Assembly: GCA_035627835.1 (NCBI GenBank)
Contig: DASPKX010000172.1
Location: 26,949 to 90,948, forward strand
DNA from: Candidatus Methylomirabilota bacterium
GTDB lineage: Bacteria; Verrucomicrobiota; Verrucomicrobiia; Limisphaerales; SXQI01
DNA: 64,000 nt
Direction of reading: 5' to 3'
The notes beneath the pieces are model-generated. The model was not told the DNA's origin. It ran no database searches and saw only the letters and a program-made list of their open reading frames with translations. Shown in pieces: positions 35,701 to 42,846 of this stretch. Within the stretch, counting starts at the first letter, position 1. Each line of letters opens with the position of its first letter. Made by a program: the position numbers and the translations under genes.

Positions 35701-35991
35701 TCCCGCAACGAATTGCAAACAGGGACGCACGATGTGGGACTGACAGGTTACGTGGATCTCTCCTGGTGGTGGGAACCGAGATCGTACGTGCGAGCATTCT
35801 ACAGCGGCGGAGACCAGAACAGCGCGAATTTGGTTCGGGATCTAATTGGCGAAGAGGAGTTCCACAGCGTTGGGATCGAAAGCCGGTGGCAATTCGCTGA
35901 CCTATGGGCGGTCCAGCCAAGCTATCGATTTGAGAGGCACCAGAGCTTCAATATCCATGCCCTCGGCGTGTCGCTGCACTTTCGCTATTAG
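32767..35991 (+). CDS. TPR-repeat protein with C-terminal outer-membrane beta-barrel (YaiO-like); PgaA/BcsC-like exporter architecture
   Basis: A signal-like N-terminus (VLIQLLVAAALHLPDLHGQ) is followed by ~750 aa of TPR-like helices. The last ~270 aa have alternating hydrophobic/aromatic strand patterns (FALDYHHY, LNLSIAQGW, WFVRANAGFAL, AGAGATYRW, GLTGYVDLSWWW, VRAFYSGG, VGIESRWQF). The protein ends ...LGVSLHFRY with a terminal aromatic residue. Confidence 0.8.
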   Translation: MTKAQIVVSKRVLIQLLVAAALHLPDLHGQTSTPESIRNAINQERFAEASGLLKSGLTSAPGNRDLLLLRTDLAARQSQWKEALQEIGALRAQEPNNAELRLKQAQILAWSGRLRESEAAYTELIEANPRDGDSLLGRGLTRFWRSDWEGALADFNKAIDIDASNDLAFTSMLKALIAQGRPTEAWQLGASASQLSAEGNLALASIAAQGGAFNEAERRATVAAEDPDTQRQQIVLRAQQKLRLGEADAAVQLVREFSSKRTNDYLAQVDLGNVLAAADRRREARVAYEHAQTLRPQRTEARKGLARLQSREGRLNGSLKSHQALMAENPEDAEASLGAFRVAMLLGNRQAAREALQKAEKAAPRSSDVADARALLALVSGSRAEFQSVVERFKEMQPHDWRAQYWSALVRQMNGQNPAEPLELDVLNAVGSAALLSIPREGGLFAARTGLGALPPELQGPAASALARELALQLHPQGVEELAEFMSQEEAQRVRALQQGWSAYLAEPLVRSPHFPMDRREQLLWQLRETERRLRTFYVEADSGVYHRWLARRMAWLNNEEGEYQSEEALERAVEEMMALIGLPSAWTVAEWREAIRESEEVLGAKTARYEDRLQVARWQQSRFDWNRASEALERLREDFPKAVEPHERLASIRKAQGRWESAERVYLHLQDDGLLTPTTELEHIDLHLIQREDELAERRLVELKEQGFSEPEWHVAWSRLAQSRWRWEEALERVEQGLAEYPDSPLLRSEQAELLRELGREEQLADALSVEATPEWIRHDLVRGADDQLKEKPEGSTNAFARITNSAPWIYSWAHVSDNGFSHAQARSIGLGPDEFGLSAGHELGVIEDTDNLGANRPDWHDAWMAAYWRRNQWQTFALDYHHYERFGGNADQLNLSIAQGWTHDWFVRANAGFALNGDFIPEWRAGAGATYRWHRRFLNHLDVNYLEFKDVNVWQFVPALTWWWSPEFSSDARLYISRNELQTGTHDVGLTGYVDLSWWWEPRSYVRAFYSGGDQNSANLVRDLIGEEEFHSVGIESRWQFADLWAVQPSYRFERHQSFNIHALGVSLHFRY

Positions 35992-36110
35992 GCCGGAAGG
36001 AATGCCACAGCAGATCCCGAAGAAACACATAAAGACGAAGAAACGCAGGCCGACGGATTCACATTAGTCCGCGCGGCCTCCTTCGCCTTTGGGCCTTTGC
36101 GGCTCGGGGT

Positions 36111-36476
36111 TTAGGGAGTCAGCGCTTTCTTCACCCGCGCGAGGAGTTCGCGCGGACTGAAGGGCTTGATCATGTAGTCGGCCGCGCCAAGATCGAGGCC
36201 GGTCTCGATGTCTTTGTCTTTGCGCTTCGAAGTTAAGAGCAGGACGGGAACATCCTTGAGCGATTCGTCTGCTTTGATGCGGCGCAAGACTTGAAAACCA
36301 TCCGCGGCCGGCATCATCACGTCGCTAATGATCAGGTCTGGCTTCTCGGCAGTGGCGACATTGTAACCGGTGTCCCCATCGGCAGCGAGAAGGACGGTGT
36401 GACCCTCTTGCCCGAGCTTGTATTGGACGAGGCGCTGAATTGTAACATCATCATCGATCACCAGGATCTTGGACAT
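36111..36476 (-). CDS. Single-domain response regulator (CheY-like receiver)
   Basis: Motifs MSKILVIDDDVTIQRLV, DLIISDVMMPAADGF (phospho-acceptor Asp), PVLLLTSK and DYMIKPF. The protein is 121 aa with no output domain. Confidence 0.9.
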   Translation of the reverse strand: MSKILVIDDDVTIQRLVQYKLGQEGHTVLLAADGDTGYNVATAEKPDLIISDVMMPAADGFQVLRRIKADESLKDVPVLLLTSKRKDKDIETGLDLGAADYMIKPFSPRELLARVKKALTP

Positions 36477-36587
36477 TGGGCAGGATGCTACTCACAACCT
36501 GGCGCCTAGCCAAGCCTTAGGGCGCCCGCGTCAATGACAGGACTTTTTATTGGCGGGATTTGCCTAACAAATTCAGACTTCGCGCGC

Positions 36588-38033
36588 ATGAATACGTCGG
36601 CTCGACAAAGAGATGCTTTGCGGCGCGGCCAAACACTCCTGAGGGTGATCGTGGCTCTTGCGCTCATCGGGTGCGGGCTGTGGCTGAGTTGCCGAGGGAT
36701 GCCGCGCCTATCCGGGGGCATTAGCCCCGCGGCGCCGCGAGCATTGCCGGAGCTGGACCAGTTGCTTAAGACCACCGCGACCCCGGAAAGCATCCCACCT
36801 TTGCCACAGTCAACGGTGACTGAAACCGAGCGGCGGGTGACCGTGAGTATAACCAATAAACCGATCGCCAACGCGCAGCTTTGGGGTCACACCATTCACC
36901 ATCTCTCGCCCACCGGCCAGGTGAGCGTTGGAGAAACAGTTGTGTCGCTGCGAGCTGTTGGGGTGGTGTTGCCGCCAAATGAGCATCGCACGCAAGGGAG
37001 CCGTGAAGCGCAGGGGCGCTTTTTCGACCGGGAGCTGAAGCCGCTCTCTGAAGCAGCAGCTCGCGAGCTGTATCCGAATGATTGGGATCGAAGGCTCGAT
37101 GCGCGGGGTTTCGCTCCCAGCTACACCTTTCGATTCACGACTGAGAAAGGGCCGGGGCTGAAGATTCTCTCTGGCGAAGTGCGTGATGCGAGGACCGGAT
37201 TTCGGGTCACGAGCGGTTACTCCAGCGGCGGAGGTGGAGGAGCATTTCATTTCAGCCCCTGGTTGGGGGCATGGCATCCCGCACCAGTCCTGGTGATGAT
37301 TGAAGTTGGCTATGGCGATCCTGAAGTTGTGGAGATCGAAGCAAAGCCCGGAGCCACACTGGAGCATCGGTTCGGGAAATTGGCCGTCGCAGCCATCGTC
37401 GATGGGAAGAGCACAAGTTTTAGCTCCAACAGCCGGACGACTGCGGATAAGACCCAGCTTTGGGATTACAACTTCGAGCGGGACAAAAGCGGGCGTGGGT
37501 GCAGCGTCGTCTTCGTATGCACACCATCGACGCAGTCGTTGCCGCTGGACTTTGAGTTCCTGGGGGAAGACGGCAAGCGGCTCGACAATCATGGCACCTC
37601 CTCCAGCGCTTCGGTGCTGACCGCCGCCGTGGACGCGCCCGCTTCGGCGTTGAAACGGGTGCGAATTCTGAAGCGGACGCAACTCGGGAGAATCGTCATG
37701 CGCCTGGAAGAATTACCGGGGTTGCCGGAGGACAATCGCAATGTTAGCGACCTGATGCAGGTGCAAGCGCCGGTCGTGCATTTCGACGGTGAGTGGGAGA
37801 TGCGGTCATTCATCGAGCTAGGCACCCAATCCACGTTAAACATCCCACGGTGGGTGCAGGCGCCGCCGGGGTACTTTCCGCGCACATTCACGAATGCCAC
37901 GCCAGCGATGATTGTGGAAGAAATGCGAGTGTTGCAGCCAACGCCCACGCGGGTTGTTTACAACTCTAAAAAGAATGAGATTCAATTCCGGGATCCATTT
38001 TGGCAGGAGCTTTGGCGGAAAATTGTGCGGTAG
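36588..38033 (+). CDS. Membrane-anchored protein of unknown function, tandem paralog A
   Basis: The start is preferred at ATG 36588 (MNTSARQRD), by analogy with paralog B. A single N-terminal TM helix LLRVIVALALIGCGLWL precedes ~440 aa with no motif I recognise. It is collinear with 38053..39498. Confidence 0.75.
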   Translation: MNTSARQRDALRRGQTLLRVIVALALIGCGLWLSCRGMPRLSGGISPAAPRALPELDQLLKTTATPESIPPLPQSTVTETERRVTVSITNKPIANAQLWGHTIHHLSPTGQVSVGETVVSLRAVGVVLPPNEHRTQGSREAQGRFFDRELKPLSEAAARELYPNDWDRRLDARGFAPSYTFRFTTEKGPGLKILSGEVRDARTGFRVTSGYSSGGGGGAFHFSPWLGAWHPAPVLVMIEVGYGDPEVVEIEAKPGATLEHRFGKLAVAAIVDGKSTSFSSNSRTTADKTQLWDYNFERDKSGRGCSVVFVCTPSTQSLPLDFEFLGEDGKRLDNHGTSSSASVLTAAVDAPASALKRVRILKRTQLGRIVMRLEELPGLPEDNRNVSDLMQVQAPVVHFDGEWEMRSFIELGTQSTLNIPRWVQAPPGYFPRTFTNATPAMIVEEMRVLQPTPTRVVYNSKKNEIQFRDPFWQELWRKIVR

Positions 38034-38052
38034 GAGGAGTGCGATTGGAGAA

Positions 38053-39498
38053 ATGATCTTCGAGCAATCAAAGCAGTCGGCACAAGGGCGGGTGAGCGGC
38101 CGGGTCATGATGGGTGTGCTGCTGGTGGGCGTGGGCCTTTGGTTTAGCACGCACGGGCTGCCGCGGTTCGCACAAGGTGTAAGCCCAACGGCGCCGCGCG
38201 CCCTCGCTGAGTTGGAGGCATTGATGAAAGCCACCGCTCCAGCAACCAATGCTGTGGAGTTTCCTGAGCTGAGCATCAACGACAAGGAGGACGGCTTCAC
38301 CATCACGTTGTCGAGAGATTCGGAAACGGAAGCGCAGCTCACAGGGCACACGATTCATGAATTGTCTCCAACGGGAAAAGTCACACTGGGCGAAACTGTA
38401 GTTACGTTTCGCGGAGTGGGCGTTGCGCTTCCCCCCGCGGAGTTCAAGACCCGTCAGGCGGGTGGCGTTCCCGCGCGCTACTATGATCGAGAGTTAAAGC
38501 CGATGCCGGACGAAGAGCTGAAGAAATGGATCCCAAACGAGTGGGAGCGGAACATCTATGTGCGCGGGTTTTCTCCGGGATACAACTTTCGGTTCGAAAC
38601 AGAAAAAGGTGACTCGTTAAAAATCTTGCGAGGGGAAGTTCGGGACGCACGGACGGGCTCGCGGCTGACGAGTGGTTACTCCAGCGGCGGGGCGCCAGGG
38701 GGATTTCAGTTTGGACCAGCGGTTGGCGCGTGGCATCAAACGCCCGTGCTGGTGATGGTGGACGTTGCTTACGGTCCGGTTGAGGTCATTGAGATCGAAC
38801 CGAAAGCGGGTGTGGAAGTGGAGCACCCATTTGGCAAACTGCGGGTGGCTGCATTCCGCGATGGGAAGAGCGACAGCTTTTCCTCAGGCACACGGACGCA
38901 GCCTGATGGACGGGTGGTTTACGAATACAATTTTGAGCGAAGCACGAAAGATCCCGGGTGCGAGGTGATCTTTCAGTGCGTTCCCACAACACAGTCATTG
39001 CCTCTGGAAATCGATTTTATCGGTGAGAACGGCAACACGCTCCAAAGGCATGGGATGTCCTCGCATGGCGCGCTGCTGACTTGCTCGGTAGCTGAGGCAG
39101 CTTCAGCATTGAAGAAGATCCGCATCACGAAACGGTCGCAGATAGGGCGAATCATTCTGCGCCTGCCGGAATTGCCGGGGCTTCCGGAAGCCAATCGCAA
39201 CATTTCGAATCTTTTGAAAGTCCAGGCGCCTGTGGTTCATTTCAACGCGGAGTGGGAGATGCGGATGTTCGTGCAGCACGCAACCGAAGCGAGCATCAGC
39301 ATGCGTTCGGGCCCCCCACCGCCTCCCCCGGGTTACTTTCCGAGAACCGTCACCAACGCGACACCTGCAAGCGTTTTGGAGGAGCTGCGGGTTCTCCACT
39401 CCAAGCCGACGCGCATCGTCGTGGATGCTGCGAAAAACGAAATTCAGTTCCGAGATCCGCTCTTGAAAGAACTTTGGGAAAGGTTCTGGCCTTTTTAG
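38053..39498 (+). CDS. Membrane-anchored protein of unknown function, tandem paralog B
   Basis: The start is ATG 38053 (MIFEQSKQ), 20 nt after the paralog A stop. The TM helix is VMMGVLLVGVGLWF. Blocks shared with A are SP.APRAL.EL, GHTIH.LSPTG.V..GETVV, KIL.GEVRDARTG.R.TSGYSSGG, PVLVM..V.YG, LPGLPE.NRN.S.L..VQAPVVHF..EWEMR and NEIQFRDP...ELW. Confidence 0.75.
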   Translation: MIFEQSKQSAQGRVSGRVMMGVLLVGVGLWFSTHGLPRFAQGVSPTAPRALAELEALMKATAPATNAVEFPELSINDKEDGFTITLSRDSETEAQLTGHTIHELSPTGKVTLGETVVTFRGVGVALPPAEFKTRQAGGVPARYYDRELKPMPDEELKKWIPNEWERNIYVRGFSPGYNFRFETEKGDSLKILRGEVRDARTGSRLTSGYSSGGAPGGFQFGPAVGAWHQTPVLVMVDVAYGPVEVIEIEPKAGVEVEHPFGKLRVAAFRDGKSDSFSSGTRTQPDGRVVYEYNFERSTKDPGCEVIFQCVPTTQSLPLEIDFIGENGNTLQRHGMSSHGALLTCSVAEAASALKKIRITKRSQIGRIILRLPELPGLPEANRNISNLLKVQAPVVHFNAEWEMRMFVQHATEASISMRSGPPPPPPGYFPRTVTNATPASVLEELRVLHSKPTRIVVDAAKNEIQFRDPLLKELWERFWPF

Positions 39499-39776
39499 TG
39501 TGAAGCTCGGGATGCACACACAGTGCCTTCTCGTGAGGCTGATCAGGTCGAAGATTTGTCTTGCGGGGGGTGGATAAACCTGAACGCCTCTGCCGATAAT
39601 AGGACGTTCTTGCCACAAAATGCAATTGTCGGCCTGCTCCTGATTGAACGCAGGACGCCTGCGCATTAGCTTCCGCCCCGTTAACACCGTGAGAGCCCAA
39701 GGGGAGCTGCATCCACGTTAAAGTGACTGCTTTCCCTGAGTTCTTAGCAACGGCTCACAAGCACAACCCAAGTAAA

Positions 39777-41381
39777 ATGATGAAGAAGATTGCACAGAAG
39801 GCTTTGCTTTCCCTCAGCGGCCTTGCTCTGGCCACAGCTTTCGGAACGGCGCAGGCCCAGCAGGTCACCACGAACACACTTTCCGTCACCACGTTTGATC
39901 CGGAAGCTTCCGCAAACGGCTCCTATGGCTACTTCTATGGCAACACCATTGATGGGGTTACTTACGGCAGCCAGAGCGTTCAAGCGCAGTTTTACGCTCC
40001 GGAAGATGTGGATCTCACGAACGGGATGTGGCGCTACACGTTTGACAACACCGACCTGAACGGAGCCGCTGGCTACGGCACTGGCACCGGTGGCGGTTTG
40101 TTCGTGGGGAACACGACCACAGACATGTTCACCAGCACAAACCGTGAAGATTATCGCATTACCTTCCGCGCGCGGGTTGAAGGGCTGGCTGAAGGCCAGA
40201 CGAGCGCGCAAGGTGAAATGCAGGTGAGCTTTTGGTATCCGAACCCGGAAGGCGGCGCGAATCTGCGCAGTTTGCAGGTGAATCTTCCATTTGCGCCAAC
40301 AGCAGAGTGGCGAACCTACACTTACGATTTGAGCGAAGGCTCGTTCGCGGAGAACACTTCGGAACGGACGTTTGCCGCAAACGGAACGAACACGACTGAC
40401 CTGCGTTTCAACGTTAACTTCCACGATCCACATAATCGTTTCGGCTATGACGCTGAAAATGTGCTGATGCTGGACGATGTGGCCATCCAACTGGTTGCGC
40501 AGCCGAAGGCTCCTGAGGTTCCAAAGTACGGTGTGCCGATCCTGGCCTGGAACTTCGACGACACCAACTTGTGGTTTGAGTACCACTATCAGTGGTCCCA
40601 GAACACCATCAACCCCGTCAGCTCCGCTGAAGCAAACGTGAACGGCGGGGCGCCGAACACCGTGGGCAAAGATGGCACTGGCGGCTGGCTGCTGAACCTC
40701 GACACCACGGACCTGGCCAGCATGCCTCCTCAATGGGCTGGCGGCGGCACAGGCGGTGGGGGGCCTGCGGATTACACGCTCTTCGACACCAACGATCTCG
40801 CACAGTACCGCATTGTGTTTGACGGCCGGGTGAGCGGGCTGGCTGAAGGCCGCACCGAAGCGACCACAGTGCTCCAATTGCATATTGACGCAGCGGACGA
40901 CACGCTCGCGGCTGACGAGGACACCACTGCGGACTCCGTGGGACGTTTGGACATTCAATTGCCCGGCGTGACCACCAACTGGCAAACATTCTCCTACACG
41001 TTGAACAAAGGCGTGTTCGCCCAGGGCAGCAAAGAGAACTTCGCCAAAGCGGTCGGCAACATCACAGCTGTGCGCACACAGTGGCAGATCGAGAATCTTG
41101 GCGACGTGAATCTCTGGGGTTATGACGCTGAGAACTCGTTCACGATCGACAACGTTCGTCTGGAGCGCCTTTATCCAGTTCAAGCCGGCGGAAACCCAGG
41201 CCGCATCACCGCGACGCTCCAAGGGCAGAACCTGGTTCTGACCTGGAACGCAACGAACGCGAAGCTGCAATCGACCAGCGACCTGCAGAATCCAAACTGG
41301 ACGGACGTGACTGGCGCAACGAGCGGTTACTCCACTCCTGTGACCGGCGCGCGCCGCTTCTTCCGCCTGGTTCAGCAGTAA
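39777..41381 (+). CDS. Secreted protein with two internally duplicated jelly-roll-like domains and a C-terminal FFRL module
   Basis: The ATG at 39777 gives the signal peptide MMKKIAQKALLSLSGLALATAFGTAQA. The two halves align (EDYRITFRARVEGLAEGQTSAQ / AQYRIVFDGRVSGLAEGRTEAT; RFGYDAENVLMLDDVAIQL / LWGYDAENSFTIDNVRLERL). The protein ends ...GARRFFRLVQQ. Confidence 0.75.
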   Translation: MMKKIAQKALLSLSGLALATAFGTAQAQQVTTNTLSVTTFDPEASANGSYGYFYGNTIDGVTYGSQSVQAQFYAPEDVDLTNGMWRYTFDNTDLNGAAGYGTGTGGGLFVGNTTTDMFTSTNREDYRITFRARVEGLAEGQTSAQGEMQVSFWYPNPEGGANLRSLQVNLPFAPTAEWRTYTYDLSEGSFAENTSERTFAANGTNTTDLRFNVNFHDPHNRFGYDAENVLMLDDVAIQLVAQPKAPEVPKYGVPILAWNFDDTNLWFEYHYQWSQNTINPVSSAEANVNGGAPNTVGKDGTGGWLLNLDTTDLASMPPQWAGGGTGGGGPADYTLFDTNDLAQYRIVFDGRVSGLAEGRTEATTVLQLHIDAADDTLAADEDTTADSVGRLDIQLPGVTTNWQTFSYTLNKGVFAQGSKENFAKAVGNITAVRTQWQIENLGDVNLWGYDAENSFTIDNVRLERLYPVQAGGNPGRITATLQGQNLVLTWNATNAKLQSTSDLQNPNWTDVTGATSGYSTPVTGARRFFRLVQQ

Positions 41382-41439
41382 GCTTTAAGATCTTCGGCTC
41401 GCGCGAGCGGGCTTGAAGGGTGAGAACACACCAACGCAA

Positions 41440-41476
41440 GGGCGTCAGCGATGAGCTGGCGCCCCTTTTCGTTTTT
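41440..41476 (+). terminator. Rho-independent terminator
   Basis: The stem gggcgtcag / ctggcgccc (one G-U pair) has the loop cgatgag. It is followed by cTTTTcgTTTTT, 59 nt after the stop of 39777..41381. Confidence 0.65.
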
Positions 41477-41520
41477 GGGAGGAGGGTCCGCAGATTGCGC
41501 AGATTTTCGCGGATTAAAAA
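41476..41520 (+). repeat. Solo left arm of the GCAGATT repeat family (copy 4)
   Basis: The leader gggaggaggg precedes ccGCAGATT gcGCAGATT ttcGCGGATT aaaaa. There is no clear inverted partner downstream. It lies directly after the terminator and between convergent genes. Confidence 0.7.
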
Positions 41521-41553
41521 CAGAACAACCTGAATCGGGATTTTAGCGTAGAT

Positions 41554-42795
41554 TTATTTAGGGTTTTTCGGCTTTAGCCCCGCGGCGACGGCCTCCGCAG
41601 CTCGGAGGACGCGAAGGGTGTTGCCGCCAAGGACTTTCTTTATGTCGGACTCGGAGAAGCCTTCGTTCAGCATGGCCTGCGTCACGGCGGGATAGCAGGA
41701 AACATTTTCAAGCTGATGCGGAAGCACATCCACCCCGTCAAAGTCCGCGCCTAAGCCGACATGGTCGATCCCGGCCACGGCAACGACGTGCTTCAGGTGC
41801 TTTATTAAATGTTCGATGGAGCCGCGGGGCAGTGGATGCGCTTCGCGCCATTCTTTCCGAGCTTTGATGTAATCCTCATCTCGCGGGTGCATGGCACGCA
41901 GCCGCCGGAGATCTTCCATTTCAGCTGCCAGCAACGTGGCAGCTTCCGGAACGATGAAGCCGGAATAGAAGTTGAGCATGATGACGCCGCCATTTTCTTT
42001 CACGCGGCGAAGGACATCGTCCGGAACATTGCGGGGATGCTGCGCGACGGCGTAAGCAGAGGAGTGAGAGGCGATCACTGGAGCGACGCTGACATCGAGA
42101 GCCGCGTGCATGGTGGCGGGTGAGACGTGGGAGATATCGACGAGCATGCCGAGGCGGTTCATCTCACGAACGACTTCTTTGCCGAAGTCCGTCAAGCCGT
42201 TGCTATCGGGCTTGATGCCGGTGGCGTCCGCCCAACCCACGTGGTCGGAATGGGTGAGGGTCATGTAGCGGACGCCGAGTTGATAATAGGTTCGCAAGAG
42301 GGCCAGCGACTTCTCAATGGAATGGCCGCCTTCAATGCCGATAAGGCAGGCAATCTTTCCGTCGGCGCGGATGGTTTCCACATCAGCAGCGGTGCGCGCG
42401 AAGGCGAACGTGTCGGGGTATTCCTCAACCATGCGATGGATCAAATCGATCTGCTCAAGCGTCTCGCGAGCGGCCCCGCCGGTGGTCATCCGGATGGAGG
42501 GGACGTAAGCGGCCCAGAATTGCGCGCCCACTCCGCCCGCATGAAGGCGTGGGATGTCGGTGTGTATTTTCGTTGGCTTGGAGATGTCCAACTCTTTGAA
42601 AGAGAGGTTGGCTTTCTTTCGCATCTCATAGGGCAGATCGTTGTGGCCATCGAAGATGAGAGCTTCCTTGTGAATTCTGCGCGCTTGCTCCGAGACCAGA
42701 ATTGGAGCCGAGTTGGAGCTTGAATCAGCGGTGAGGGATTGAAGTTGAAGCGCCATTGCAATGGCGGCAATCCACATTGCCCGATTGAGCTGCAT
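41554..42795 (-). CDS. Membrane dipeptidase (peptidase family M19, renal-dipeptidase-like), secreted
   Basis: A signal peptide is present. Motifs are [37 protein letters not shown] and [11 protein letters not shown]. Confidence 0.9.
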   Translation of the reverse strand: MQLNRAMWIAAIAMALQLQSLTADSSSNSAPILVSEQARRIHKEALIFDGHNDLPYEMRKKANLSFKELDISKPTKIHTDIPRLHAGGVGAQFWAAYVPSIRMTTGGAARETLEQIDLIHRMVEEYPDTFAFARTAADVETIRADGKIACLIGIEGGHSIEKSLALLRTYYQLGVRYMTLTHSDHVGWADATGIKPDSNGLTDFGKEVVREMNRLGMLVDISHVSPATMHAALDVSVAPVIASHSSAYAVAQHPRNVPDDVLRRVKENGGVIMLNFYSGFIVPEAATLLAAEMEDLRRLRAMHPRDEDYIKARKEWREAHPLPRGSIEHLIKHLKHVVAVAGIDHVGLGADFDGVDVLPHQLENVSCYPAVTQAMLNEGFSESDIKKVLGGNTLRVLRAAEAVAAGLKPKNPK

Positions 42796-42846
42796 GGCTG
42801 CTTCTTCTCATAAGAAGCGGGGCAAAGCGAGAGTGGAAGTTGAAGG

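Noticed and set aside
36001-36110. Possible further repeat-family member in the convergent gap after the TPR-barrel gene (ccacagcagat...cacataaagacgaagaaac)
   Set aside because: It has only a single degenerate CAGCAGAT unit, with no triple phasing and no inverted partner. The resemblance is too weak to call.
36810-37682. 290-aa minus-strand ORF; also 20954..21688 (-), 7008..7589 (-), 33541..34263 (-), 58309..59328 (+) and 51443..52339 (+)
   Set aside because: All lie antisense to genes with better support (paralog conservation, TPR/HEAT repeats, RluA motifs, PQQ blades, DUF3494 motifs). All show the R/G/A/P-rich composition of GC-rich antisense frames.
39744-41270. 508-aa ORF on the minus strand, one of the longest in the track
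   Set aside because: It is antisense to 39777..41381. That plus-strand gene has a signal peptide, an internal domain duplication, the shared FFRL tail and a downstream terminator. The minus-strand product is Arg/Val/Gly/Ala-rich with no motifs. This is a typical GC-rich shadow ORF.
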